Source: Octopus bimaculoides
Taxonomy: Eukaryota
NCBI RefSeq assembly: GCF_001194135.2
Contig: NC_069002.1
Location: 25,650,986-25,714,985, forward strand
Reading direction: 5' to 3'
Length of the DNA stretch: 64,000 nt
This document shows, piece after piece, positions 51,618 to 64,000 of this stretch. The notes under the pieces are model-generated. The model was not told the DNA's origin. It saw nothing but the letters and a program-made list of their open reading frames with translations, and did not search any database. A program made the translations under genes and the position numbers. Each line of letters opens with the position of its first letter. Within the stretch, counting starts at the first letter, position 1.

Positions 51618-52009
51618 ACACATGTGTGACAGCACGTATTACATGTACAGTCTATGTGGCAGGCTTCAGAACAGTCTCCATCTACCCAGTTTCTCTCACA
51701 AGGCTTGAGCTGACTTTGAGGTTATGGTAAATGACCCTTGCCCAAGATGTCACTCATGGGAAATCTGTCACAACAAATTCTGCCTGACCCTTGCAAATCA
51801 TGGAAAATTGGACATTCAGACGATTCTGATGATGATCTTTATTCATGCTCGGATCTATTATTTTGACCTTTGAATGTGACCATTAATCTCATCCCTGATA
51901 GCCATTAGTGAATCTCCAAAATGCTTTCTAAAACTGGACATTAATGATTCAACCTTGTGGCCACCAGATCTAAATAAACAGCTTACGGGAAATCTAGGAT
52001 TTGGAAACA

Positions 52010-52322
52010 TAGGCACAGGTATGGCTGTGTGGTAAGAAGTTTGCTTCCACACCACATGGTTCCAGGTTCAGACCCATTGCATGACACCTTGGGTAAATGT
52101 CTTCTATTACAACCCTCGACTTGTCTGTGTCTTTGTGTCTGTGTTTGTCACCCACCACCACTTGAGAACAAGTGTTGGTGTGTTTACATCCTCATGACTT
52201 AGCAGTTCAACAGAAGAGTCCATTAAAATAAGTAGCAAACTTCAGGGGTTAATTTGTTCGACGAAAATTCTTCAAGGTGGTGCCCTAGCATGGCCACAAT
52301 CTAATTACTGAAAAATATAAAA
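52010..52322 (+). mobile_element. SINE family B
   Basis: Head and CCAGCATGGCC-type tail as 22906-23312. Confidence 0.85.
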
Positions 52323-52707
52323 TCTGTTACTGAGTGAAACACCACTAGCTGGGTGTTTAATTGAGTAAACCCTATTACAAACATCAAAGGTAGGTTTCTG
52401 ACATGAGGGTACCGTCATCCCTTCCATTAGTCTCAGAGGTTTTGTAAGGGATCAAAGAACATTACTTTCTTCATGACAGAAACAAAAAGGAAAAATTGTC
52501 CAAGATCAGATATCAAAAGAAAAGTTCCAAAGAATCATGAATAACAAGATTAACTTTCCAAAGTTCACAGAATTATAGAAATTCTTTTCTCAGATTTTCT
52601 TCCAAATCTTCGGGATATATAGCAAACAGGAAGGGACGACAACTTTACACTTTCTTTCACACATACATAATACATACGTACATTTATATGAGTGTGTGTG
52701 TGTATGG

Positions 52708-52757
<50 letters not shown>

Positions 52758-52910
52758 ATGTATACACACACATACTAATACATACATACATATATATATA
52801 TGCATATATATATATATATATATATATACAAACATATATATATTTATACATACACATATATTTATATATATATATTAATATACATATGTAAATTTATATA
52901 TATATGTATG

Positions 52911-52949
<39 letters not shown>

Positions 52950-53079
52950 NNNNNNNNNNNNNNNNNNNNNNNNNNNNNNNNNNNNNNNNNNNNNNNNNNN
53001 NNNNNNNNNNNNNNNNNNNNNNNNNNNNNNNNNNNNNNNNNNNNNNNNNNNNNNNNNNNNNNNNNNNNNNNATATGTAA

Positions 53080-53114
<35 letters not shown>

Positions 53115-53444
53115 CACACACATGCATGCATATATATATATTCATATATGTATTTGTGTGTGTGTGTGTTAGTGTGTGTTTGTGTGTGTTTGTGTGTGTG
53201 TGTTCTTTAACAGATGAAGAAATCAAAACGTATCAGTAATTTTTCGATAAGCTGCCAGGCATTTCTGTCAAGAACACAAATCCCATTATACATAACATCA
53301 AGATGAATTTCGATTTTTAAATTTTTCAGAAAGAATTTGATTTCGACAAAAGTATCAATAATATTAAAACCAGACAAATCAATAAAAGAAACAGACAAAT
53401 GATTCTTCAATAATTTCAATCGCATTGCCATTTTGTCTTTTACT

Positions 53445-54055
53445 GATAGCTAGCACTCTAAACAAAATCTTTACTTATAACTGATTTTGTACTTTAGTCA
53501 TGTTTAAATTCTAGTCAGCAGACAATTATCACTGCGAACAAGATCTGTACTCATTTTGTACTCTAGTCATATCTAAATCTTTCCCAGCAGATAGCTATCC
53601 CTGTAACCAAGATCTGTACTCATTTAGTACTTTAATCATGTTTAAATTCTCTCCAGCAGATAGCTATCCCTGTAACCAAGATCTGTACTCATTTGGTGCT
53701 CTAGTTATGTCTGTACTGCAGACATAATAAACTCTTCAGTTTTCAGATTTCTCTCTCAAATCTAACACTTATTTATTCCCATTGTTTTGTAGCTTTGAGA
53801 TTTTGATGGTGAACTGTTACTATTAGAATGACCTTAATCAGCAAGCACTTATCACTATAAACAAGATGCGTACTCTTTCTGTACTTTAGCCATATTTAAA
53901 TCCTTGTCAGTATATAGCTATGACTATAAGCAAGATCTGTACTCTTTCTGTACTCTAGCCATGTTTAAATCCTTGTCAGCAGATAGCTATCACTATAAAC
54001 AAGATGCGTACTCTTTCTGTACTCTAGCCATGTTTAAATCCTTGTCAGCAGATTT
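53445..54055. repeat. 69-bp tandem array A (about 4 plus 3 units, split by about 125 bp)
   Basis: Unit GATAGCTATCACTATAAACAAGATGCGTACTCTTTCTGTACTCTAGCCATGTTTAAATCCTTGTCAGCA. Confidence 0.9.
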
Positions 54056-55129
54056 CTCAATTAACTTTTTTATCATTTTGTTTCTTAAACCTGAAAAGAG
54101 GGGCAAGGCCCCTGGCCACTGCGAAATCTATTCAGATTAGAGAAAGAAATGTTGGCTATAATGAAGTTACTCAGAGTTTGAAGTTAGAAAGAGAAATCCA
54201 TTCTACTTAGAACCGTGAACTATCCAAAATGCTTTGAATGAGAGTATTAAAGTGCTTAGTATCCATCAATGGGTTGCTTTTGTTGGCTTTTGTTTAGCTT
54301 TAGGTTAATCTGTATGAGTATACCCCTTATGGAAAGCAATTTCGTTGATGTTGTTAATGTCAGCGTCATAGGGAGCATTAGCCTTGTTGTCATTGTCAGC
54401 ATCTGCATTAGTGTTATCATCAGCGACATTCTTGTTATCATCATCATCATCATCATTGCCATCATTGTTTTTTGTTGTTGTCATTGTCTTTGTCTACATC
54501 ACCACCACCATCATCAACATCACCATCATCGTTGTCATCACTGGAATCATCATTGCTATCATCGTCATCACCATCACCACCACCACCACCATCATCATCA
54601 TAGTCATTATCTCGTTGTCATCATTGTCATGATGATGATGATGACGATGATGATGATGATTTAATGTCCACTTTTCCAGTCTTGTGTGGGTCTGACTAAA
54701 TTTCTTGTGGTAGAGCTTTTACGACTGGATGCTCTTCCGGTTGCTAACCTTCACCTGTTTCCAAGCAAGATAACATTTCCCCAGTTGCTGAACAATTACT
54801 TGTTTTTATGGACAATTACAAATTATTGAAAGCATTTTTATATGAACTGGGGAATCTATTTACAATCACTTCATGATGTCCAAAAAAAAAAAAAATAAAT
54901 AAAAACAGACACGCACATACACATTGGGCTTCCTTCAGTTTCCATTTACTAAATCCATTCATTAGGTTTAATTGGCTTACGGCTAGAGCAGAAGACATTT
55001 GTTGCCCAAATTTTCCAGGCAATTACAAACCCAACTCTGTTGAGGTGCTTTTGTTCCATCAACACAGAATTGGTGGAGCGTTTCATTGTTGCCGTTGTCT
55101 TCACAGCTGAGGAATGCACCACAAGGAAT

Positions 55130-55378
55130 ATTTCATTATGTATGTGTGTGTATATGTTTGTGTGCCTGTGTTTGTCCCCCACCCCACCCCAACATCGCTT
55201 GACAATCAATGCTGGTGTGTTTATGTTCCCACAACTTAGCGGTTCGGCAAAAGAGACTGATAGAATAAGTACTAGGTTTACAAAGAATAAGCTCTGGGGC
55301 CGATTTGCTTGAATAAAGGTGTTGCTCCAGCATGGGTGCAGTCAAATGCCTGAAACAAGTAAAAGAGTAAAAAAAAGA
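55130..55378 (+). mobile_element. SINE family B, 3' half
   Basis: Matches 23100-23312. Confidence 0.85.
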
Positions 55379-55746
55379 GTATATATATATATATATATAT
55401 ATATATATNNNNNNNNNNNNNNNNNNNNNNNNNNNNNNNNNNNNNNNNNNNNNNNNNNNNNNNNNNNNNNNNNNNNNNNNNNNNNNNNNNNNNNNNNNNN
55501 NNNNNNNNNNNNNNNNNNNNNNNNNNNNNNNNNNNNNNNNNNNNNNNNNNNNNNNNNNNNNNNNNNNNNNNNNNNNNNNNNNNNNNNNNNNNNNNNNNNN
55601 NNNNNNNNNNNNNNNNNNNNNNNNNNNNNNNNNNNNNNNNNNNNNNNNNNNNNNNNNNNNNNNNNNNNNNNNNNNNNNNNNNNNNNNNNNNNNNNNNNNN
55701 NNNNNNNNNNNNNNNNNNNNNNNNNNNNNNNNNNNNNNNNNNNNNN

Positions 55747-55802
<56 letters not shown>

Positions 55803-56120
55803 CATACATGCATGCATGCATATATGCATATATATACAAGTGTACTTGATAAAAAGAAATTTAAACATTGAAACATCAGCAAAACTCTAGAGTTTGAACA
55901 AGAATAAAAATACTTATTTATGTTAAAATCAAATTATTTATTGTATTGCGATGAAAAAAAAAAGAATGTATCTGTAGTTTAGCTTTTATCCATAACCAAT
56001 ATTTCTGTTTATTAAAAACCAATATCATTTATGTTTATGTTTATTAATAATCAATAGTTAGTAATCAATGCAGATACAATGATTGTCTTTTTATACTAAA
56101 AAGATAAAAAGAATTTTAGT

Positions 56121-56341
56121 AAGGTGGTGATCTGTCAGAACTGTTAACATGCTGGGCAAAATGGCCAGCAGCATTTTGTCTGTCTTTACATTCTGTGTTC
56201 AAATTCCACTGAGGTTGATTTTGTTTTTCATCCTCCAGGGGTCAGTAAAATAAGTACCAGGTGAGTACTGGAGTTGATGTAGTCGATGTACTCCCTCCCC
56301 CGATATTGCTGGTCTTGTGCCAACGTTTGAAACCAATGTTA
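56121..56341 (+). mobile_element. SINE family A
   Basis: Body motifs; CCAACGTTTGAAACCAAT-type tail. Confidence 0.8.
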
Positions 56342-56976
56342 TTTTTAAAATGTGGCTTTTAATACATATTTTGGTAATTCTGTTCAGCAAACTACTTGAG
56401 AAAGTCAGACTCCAATATCTCTTATTTCTTTGTGAACAGTGGCAAATAATGGTTACGTGTTCTTTGGAACTTCTTAAATTCCTTTTTGACATAAAGAATA
56501 TCTGCCATAAGTTGCCCACAGATCCAGATCTGGAGATTGCTTCACTGAAACCAAAACCCATATTTAAATAGACAGGATGGTCAGAGCTGCTGTTTCTAGC
56601 AGGTAGGATGGTGATGTGTGCAAGATTCCTCTTTGTGTTATTATTATTGCTGTTGTTGTTTATTTTCTTATTTATAAATGATATAAGAAATGAAACGTTG
56701 GCAAAAGACCAGGCAGAGTGTATACAATTTATGACCGAAAATTAGCTATCTTTAAATTTGGTCGGACTTGTCAACACAGAGCAGTGAATTGGGGGGATTG
56801 TGAAGAGATCCTCTGCTGTATCTCTTCTGGTTCTTTGCATTATGGTGACAACAACTGCATAAAAAGCAAAAACAGAAAAAAAGAAGATATCAAGAAACAA
56901 AAAGGCAGAAGCAAGGAAAGAAAATTCTAGAGCAACATCAACTGAGACATAAAGTGAAGAATAAGTGACCAGCAAA

Positions 56977-57680
56977 CCAACGTGCAAGTGAGTCATCTTA
57001 GGCTATGCAGTTAAGTGAGTCAACTTAGGCTACATAGATGTGAGGTACTAACAGGAATCAGTGGTTAGCAAGACAACGTGCAACTGAGTCATCTTAGGCT
57101 ATGCAGATATGATGTGTTAACTGGATTCAGTGGTTAGCAAGCCAACGTGCAAGTCAGTCATCTTAGGCTATGCAGATATGATGTGCTGACAGGAATCAGT
57201 GGTTAGAAAGCCAACGTGCAAGTGAGTCATCTTAGTCTATGAAGATGTGATGTGCTGACAGGAATCAGTGGTTAGCAAGCCAACGTGCAGGTGAGTCATC
57301 TTAGGCTATGCAGATATGATGTGTTAACTGGAATCAGTGGTTAGCAAGACAACGTGCAGGTGAGTCATCTTAGGCTATGCAGATATGATGTGTTAACTGG
57401 AATCAGTGGTTAGCAAGCCAACGTGCAGATGAATCATCTTAGGTGATGCAGTTATGATGTGCTAAGAGGAGTCAGTGGTTAGCAAGTTAAGTGCAAGTGA
57501 GTCATCTTAGGCTATGCAGATGTAACATATTAATAGGAATCAGCAATATGCAAACCAATGTGCTAGGGAATCATCTGAGCTCCAGTAAATGTGACATTTC
57601 AACAGGAATCAGCTACTAATGAGCCAACATGCATATTAATTATTTGAGCTGTAGCAGATGTGATGTGTCATCAGGAATGA
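56977..57680. repeat. 69-bp tandem array B (about 10 units, decaying at the right end)
   Basis: Unit starts at 57073, 57142, 57211, 57280, 57349, 57418, 57487; consensus CCAACGTGCAAGTGAGTCATCTTAGGCTATGCAGATATGATGTGTTAACTGGAATCAGTGGTTAGCAAG; consensus has stops in all six frames. Confidence 0.95.
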
Positions 57681-58662
57681 ATGTGATCCATGCTGACACA
57701 CAAAAATTGTGTTCTGTACAGCTGGTGTCATGTGGAATTGCAATTAAACTAAATGAAAATAGTCACCAACTGTTTGGGACATATGAATGCTATTTACAAT
57801 AACTGCAATCTACAAATATGGTTTGAAAGCAGTTAAAAGGTCCTCTACAGAATCCAGTATCTATTATACTGAATAGAAAAGAAAAATTGGCCTCAACAGA
57901 GAATCCACAAGAGCAATTGATGGACGTATTCACAAGCAATCATAGTGTTGGCTGAAAATTCCTGAAACACGTGTGTATAACTGTGCAGTAATATTCACAT
58001 CATCTGCAGTAATGATAAAAATCTAATTACTACTGATAGGATAAATGCACACAGTATCCATAGAAGAGTTACTCAGAATTACAAAGGGTTGTTTGCCAGA
58101 TCTGACCGCAGATCCATCTTCTACGCAGTTGTACATTTGTCATTCTAAAGTACAGCAGAACATTATTCATGCAGTCCAGGAGTGTTGTCATAAAGGAAAT
58201 GGAGCAAGTGGAAAGCTGTTGAGACGACAGTGATCGCCCTGGAAATGCAAAAGATATGTACAGAACATAAGGGATGTATGGGGGATAAACACAAGGGATA
58301 TACGGGAACAAATACTTGAAAAACCTAAAGAGAATATCAAGGACAAGCAAAATATGATCAACGAAAGTCAAATTGAAGTAGTAGACTTAAGAAGCCAATT
58401 CCCACGAGTGGGTTTAAAGGAAAATATTGAACATGGCAGCTAAGATGTTGTTAAATGTAATATGATTATATGCATAGGGTTGTGTGGTTAGAGGTACAAT
58501 CACGTAGAGCAGCCCCTACTGACCATCAGCGCCTGACCTACGGTGAAGCCTTCCGAGCATGCATCAGAGTGACTGGCTACAGCCAGACACACAGTGCCCT
58601 ATCCTTTCTCCATTGTGAGGTCCTTGGCAATCGTCAACAACGATGGACAAACTGATAATAAC

Positions 58663-58743
<81 letters not shown>

Positions 58744-58762
58744 TATTATTATTATTATTATT

Positions 58763-58971
58763 ATTTCAAATTTTTGCCACAAGGGCAGCTTGGAGGAGGG
58801 GATTAAGTCGATTACATCAACCCCAGTGCGTAACTGGTACTTATTTAATCGACCCCGAAAGGATGAAAGGCAAAGTCGACCTCGGCAGAATCTGAACTCA
58901 GAGTGTAACGGCAGACGAAACACCGCTAAGCATTTTGTCCATCGTTCTAACGATTCTGTCAGTTCACGACC

Positions 58972-58973
<2 letters not shown>
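58763..58973 (-). mobile_element. SINE family A within (AAT)n
   Basis: Reverse-complement body motifs. Confidence 0.85.
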
Positions 58974-59023
<50 letters not shown>

Positions 59024-59311
59024 GATCATTCAGAGAGCGCAAACCTCTGCCAAGGCAACACCAATGTCCTCTCAACGATTAGCCAGAGATGATTTTTAAA
59101 ATGAGAATATCTGAAATAAACTTGACTGCTCTCACAAACGACAATACTAAAAATGAACCCGACCACTCTCNNNNNNNNNNNNNNNNNNNNNNNNNNNNNN
59201 NNNNNNNNNNNNNNNNNNNNNNNNNNNNNNNNNNNNNNNNNNNNNNNNNNNNNNNNNNNNNNNNNNNNNNNNNNNNNNNNNNNNNNNNNNNNNNNNNNNN
59301 NNNNNNNNNNN

Positions 59312-59387
<76 letters not shown>

Positions 59388-59854
59388 TCGTACCTCATAG
59401 GATTGTATGTAGTTAGAAGTAACATCCTGTCGCTCATAAAATCACATATAAAAGAGTAGAGGACATATAAGAGAACCCTGGTTTACGCTGGAGTTGTCAG
59501 AGTAAGTTTCCTCCGTTAAGGCTACAATGGGGTTGACTGAGGAGAAATTTCGAATGCAAGGGAAATGGATCTATGAATGTGCAGTTTAATGGGGGAACAG
59601 CTTGTGCTGGCGCTTTGACCATTGCATAGATTTTGCTTCAGTTCTCAAACTCAAGAGACCGTTTAATGTATGGACGCAGAGAAGAATGTCTGCATTTGAT
59701 CTGTGTAGAAACTGTTTCGCTGATCAGTAAAGGGAGAGAGAGAGAGAGAGTGAGGGAGAGAGTAGAGAGAGAGAGAAAGAGAGGGAGGGAGATGGGGAGA
59801 GAGAGGGAGAAAAAAGAGATGGGGAAAGAGGGGAGAGAGAGAGAGAGGGACATA

Positions 59855-60348
59855 CTAGGTTGAGGAAAAAGTTCGTGCGCCGTGTTAAAATAATGATTTT
59901 TATGCAAGAATTTAGTCCAAAACAACAACTTTTCTTCAAAATAAGGACCATAATTTTCCGCGACCTTTTCCCAACGATCTGCAAGCTTTCAGATTTGGTC
60001 AAAATACCAATCCTTCAGCTTTGAATTGAAAAATTCTTGACAGGCTTCTTCAACTTTATCGAATGACTCAAATCGGTGACCTTTCATAAAGTGCTGCACT
60101 GATCAGAAGTGACCGTAGCAACGTCTGGACTGTAGGGTGGATGTGGCAGAACTTCCACACCGTCCAATTCTTCAATCTTGTTGCTGGTCTTTCTGGTGGT
60201 TTGTGGCTTTGCATTGTCTTGTTGAAACAAAGCGCGTTTCCAATGAACACACTGAGTCACCATTGAACATGACATAAACTGCATGAACAAACACACCACC
60301 AAAATATATTTTTAAAAAACAAACATTATTTTAACACGGCGCACGAAC
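59855..60348 (-). mobile_element. Internally deleted mariner (DD34D-type) element
   Basis: LFQQDNAKP...VLPHPPYSPDVA; TA at 59853-59854; perfect 25-bp inverted match 59871-59895 / 60324-60348. Confidence 0.9.
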
Positions 60349-60352
60349 ATTT

Positions 60353-60553
60353 TGAATTTTGGTGTGAGGATAGCAGCTTGAAGGGAGGGGACAAGTCGAT
60401 TACATCAGCCCTCTCCTGCTCCAGTGTTTAACTGATACTTATTTTATTGATCCTGATGAAAGGCTGAAAAACAAAGCTGACCTAGGTGGAATTTGAACTT
60501 AGATCGTAAAGACGGACGAAATATACTGCTAAGCATTTCGCCCAGCTTGCTAC
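60353..60553 (-). mobile_element. SINE family A abutting the mariner TIR
   Basis: Reverse-complement body motifs. Confidence 0.75.
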
Positions 60554-62047
60554 CTTATGAGAGAAATATTGAAAATTTAGGTGAGAATGGATGCTAATTG
60601 TGATGCAAATTCTTTCCGGATAGTAGAAAGGACAAAGATGGAACTGGTTGCTTGGAGAATTTTATATAATTAGCGTTTGTGGTGGTGGTGGTGAGGGGAG
60701 AAGAGAAAGGGGTGTTTGGATAGAGTTTCCTTATATGTGTGTGTGTGCATGTACATCTGTGTGTGTGTCTGTGCAGAATGAGAAGCCATTCGACAATGTT
60801 TCATTAACTGATCTGACAGAAAAATAAATCACTTAATAGACGATTCCTTAGACAACATTTAAAATTATATGTGATAGACTCCGGCTGGAGAGAAATTTCA
60901 GAACAGCTGAGAACAACATTAGAAAATAACAAAGTTTAATAGCAAGCATCTATTAATTTATCAACGTAACAGAACTTACCAAGTTTCCCTTAGGAGCGGA
61001 AATTTATTGATTTAATAATAATGATAATAGTACTACATTATTCTATCAAGTTCAATACATTGGACTAATACTGTCCTTTGGCTAACTTACTTTCATTACT
61101 AACTTCTTAATTTCATTGAATGAAAATAAGAATAATGTTTCCGTCAAGAGTAACAATCTGTAGACACCAGAGTAATATTAAAATGAATTCTTTCAATATA
61201 TTCTCTTGAAAAAAAGTTAAATTGAATCTCAATCACAAAATAAAGAGATAAATATGCTGTGGTTATTTCCTTGTCGCTTTACTATTGTTTTGTCCCTGAA
61301 AGATTGTCGAAAGTGTCAAAGTCAATGTTAGTATTGGATCCTCAGTTGTAATGCCTTGTCTGCCATTCACATCCTGTCACTGGTGCTGCACTGTTTCCGC
61401 TGCCAAAATATTTAACTCTGTTTACTGCAAATAGGTACCTTTCATAATCCTTTATGGGAAATTCCTAAATCGGAAAAAAACTTTCAATCCTGAGTTAATT
61501 TTCTTTGAGTGAGAAAGGTACCACGAATGAAAAATTTCTGAAAGCACTCATAAAGGCTGGTTTAAAGAAAAAGGGTGTATTGTAGAAGAACATAAAATGA
61601 ATGTTAATAAAAGTTAAAGTGTTGTGTAGCTGTTTTCCGGTGAAACATGAAATATTCCCAAAATGAATCTGTTACATATTATGCGAAACTGTTGTAGTGC
61701 CAAATTTATATAANNNNNNNNNNNNNNNNNNNNNNNNNNNNNNNNNNNNNNNNNNNNNNATATATATATATATATATAAGCAGTTACAAAGTATGAGGGT
61801 TTAGTTCACAGGTGATCTATACGATTATGTGCACTAGGTAAGTTCTGTAACGGATTACTAGGGCTCCTCTATGTCATCATTTCATTAAGCTATGCCCTTC
61901 TCATTTTCCCTATTTGTCCCTGATGTCGGAATATCCCATTCTCTGGGATAAACTGTAAGACTGAATTTTTTCCGATAATAATAATAATGTGAATGACTTG
62001 AGATGTTTGCTTTGCCCTAACGTTTGTGGTCCTCTTTAACAATTATA

Positions 62048-62241
62048 TATAAGTAGTTAAGTATACGCCTGGTCATAAAGCGACCAATGGTTTAACATCC
62101 ATAAGGCGCTTAGCCCTATGGATGTCTCGTCGGTCCCTAATGGTGGATGGTATTACGTGAGATATGCCCTCATCCATTAAGATCTTATGGATGCGAAACC
62201 ATTGGTCACTTTATGACCAGACATATACTTAACTACTTATA
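62048..62241. mobile_element. 194-bp hairpin MITE
   Basis: About 57-bp arms with about 5 mismatches (ATAAGTAGTTAAGTATA...CATCCATAAG); TA-rich ends. Confidence 0.85.
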
Positions 62242-62268
62242 AATACATTACTGCTTTATACTTTAGAG

Positions 62269-63545
62269 CAAGGGTCGGCAACCCACGGCCCACGAGGGAT
62301 TTTCGTCCGGCCTGCCAGCTTAATACCTGGACACCAATTATCTAATTAGTATGGAATAGTTCACTTCCAGGTTAAGCGGTCACTGGAAAAGTTATTTCGT
62401 ACCTTCCCTTCTCAGAATTATTCGTTTGAATTTGTTGTCTGGTGGTAAAACAACCGTGCAGTAAGTATCTGAATTCGATAATAATGTTTATTTAATTATT
62501 TGTAATAAACTGTGTTAAATATTTCTAGAATCAGGCCAAAATTTGTTTAAAAAATTGCAACCCTGATTTAACGACATCGCTAGAAACCTGGTTTTATCAC
62601 AAGTTATTTACAATTATCATATTTTATCATATTACTTTATTTATATTTACATTTGTTATGATGTTTCTTATTTCTCCATACCAATATCTATTCTTTTTTT
62701 CTCTTTCCTATCAAGAAGTCTTTTTTATCTAAAAAAAACAAAAAAAGGCCCATGGAAATTAAGAAAAGAAAAGTGGAGTTTGAGTGCCGAAATTTTAACG
62801 ATGAGTGGACACTTAACTATTTTTCATTGAGCACTTCGGAAAATGTGTTTGCTTATTTTGCCAAGAAAACATTTCCGTCAAAAAAGTTTCAAATATTAAA
62901 AGATACCATGAAACTCGCCATAATCATTACAGCAGTTTTACTGGGAGAAGACGAAGTTGCACGGCTGAGAAATAATTTAACCAAGCAGTCATCTTTTTTC
63001 GTTAGAAAAGTTGAAGAGAATGAACGAAACACTCGTGCTAGTTACGAGGTGTCGAAACTAATATCAGAAAATATGAAACCTTTTAGTGATGGAAAGTTCT
63101 TCAAACGATTATTATTGAAGACAGAAGATGTTGTTTGTCCAGAAAAAAAAATGGAGTTATTTTCCGTGATCAGCTTATCGGCAAGAACAGTAACAAGACG
63201 AATTGGAGAACTAGCAGCAAATGTCAGAAGTGGCTTGAAGAACGTTTTAAAACATCTAGAGTATTATTCCATTGCTATCGATGAAACCACAGATATGAAG
63301 AATACTTGTCAACTTGCAGTGTTTATGAGAGATATAACACCAGAATTTGATATTGTGGAAGAATTTGTACAGTTGATTCCTATGAAACACACAAGCACTG
63401 GAGCAGATATTTTGAAAAGCAAGATAAAATGGTTTACCGAAATGAATCGTAATTTATGAAAGCTTACTGGAGTGACCACAGATGGAGCACCAGCGATGAT
63501 TGGTGAGAAAAAACGATTTGTTGCATTACTCCAAGCAAACAATGG
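62269..63545 (+). mobile_element. SPIN/Buster-type hAT transposon, 5' part with disrupted transposase (62752 onward)
   Basis: TIR CAAGGGTCGGCAAC after CTTTAGAG; KRKVEFECRNFNDEW, zinc finger CLFC...YHETRH in a shifted frame, IDETTD and TTDGAPAM motifs; frameshifts, stop at 63457, truncated by a SINE. Confidence 0.92.
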
Positions 63546-63546
63546 T

Positions 63547-63763
63547 ATTCTTTTCTACTCTAAGCACAAGGCTCGAAATTTTTAGAGAGTGGGACAGTCG
63601 ATTAGATTGACCCCAGTATGCAACTGGTACTTAATTTTTCAACCCCGAAAGGATGAATGACAAAGTCGACCTCGGTGGAATTTGAACTCAGGACGTAGCG
63701 GCAGACGATATACTGCTAAGCATTTCGCCCAGCGTGTTAACGTTTCTTATTTCTTTACTGCCA
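63547..63763 (-). mobile_element. SINE family A truncating the hAT element
   Basis: Reverse-complement body and tail motifs. Confidence 0.88.
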
Positions 63764-64000
63764 ANNNNNNNNNNNNNNNNNNNNNNNNNNNNNNNNNNNN
63801 NNNNNNNNNNNNNNNNNNNNNNNNNNNNNNNNNNNNNNNNNNNNNNNNNNNNNNNNCTGGTATTTAATTTATCGACCCCGAAAGGATGAAAGGCAAAGTC
63901 GACCTCGGCGGAATTTGAACTCAGGACGTAGCGGCAGACGATATACTGCTAAGCATTTCGCCCAGCGTGTTAACGTTTCTTATTTCTTTACTGCCAACAA

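Noticed and set aside
53514-54140. Array A as a 23-aa repeat protein (SYHYKQDAYSFCTLAMFKSLSAD; faint LRR-like look)
   Set aside because: One frame is open over about 3 units twice, but unit differences are mostly non-synonymous and the homologous frame of array B has stops.
56977-57680. CRISPR-like appearance of the regular arrays (also 53445-54055)
   Set aside because: Units are contiguous with no unique spacers; eukaryotic context, no cas genes.
88-59437. Most ORFs in the supplied track (poly-YI, CV, HT, N, S, I, and X-filled ORFs)
   Set aside because: They are translations of microsatellites or run through N gaps.
62752-63459. Domesticated GTF2IRD2/EPM2AIP1-like host gene
   Set aside because: TIR and target site are present, the zinc finger is out of frame and a stop precedes the second catalytic Asp motif; it is a transposon fossil.
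63640-64000. Tandem duplication of the SINE either side of the last gap
   Set aside because: Near-identical sequence including the same junction on both sides of an N run; typical of uncollapsed haplotype or contig overlap.

Overview
AT-rich, microsatellite-dense eukaryotic draft-assembly DNA with many N gaps; the SINE/LINE families look like those of octopus (inference from memory, not from a search). Almost every ORF in the supplied track is a microsatellite or N-gap artefact. What the sequence does support: (1) a probable + strand spliced gene starting at 2543 (Cys-cluster plus signal-anchor exon, phase-compatible 59-codon second exon, weaker candidate exons further on), so much of the window may be intronic; (2) decayed autonomous elements: RTE, Penelope-like (two ages), CR1/L2-group and R4/Dong LINEs, Tc1, mariner, SPIN/Buster-type hAT and a Chapaev3-like transposase; (3) three or more tRNA-headed SINE families, several with clean target-site duplications (TSDs); (4) several foldback/MITE elements and tandem arrays. 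Best candidate for an undescribed system: at 39481-40126 a tRNA-headed, (AAT)n-containing element carrying a minimal hammerhead ribozyme, present as a head-to-head inverted pair inside a single 14-bp TSD, with the core intact on the - strand arm and broken on the + strand arm. Also notable: two 69-bp tandem arrays 3 kb apart that appear to be diverged inverted homologues, a 102-bp templated inversion inside an R4 LINE, and TTAA-bounded MITE arrays. All alignments and counts were done by eye.
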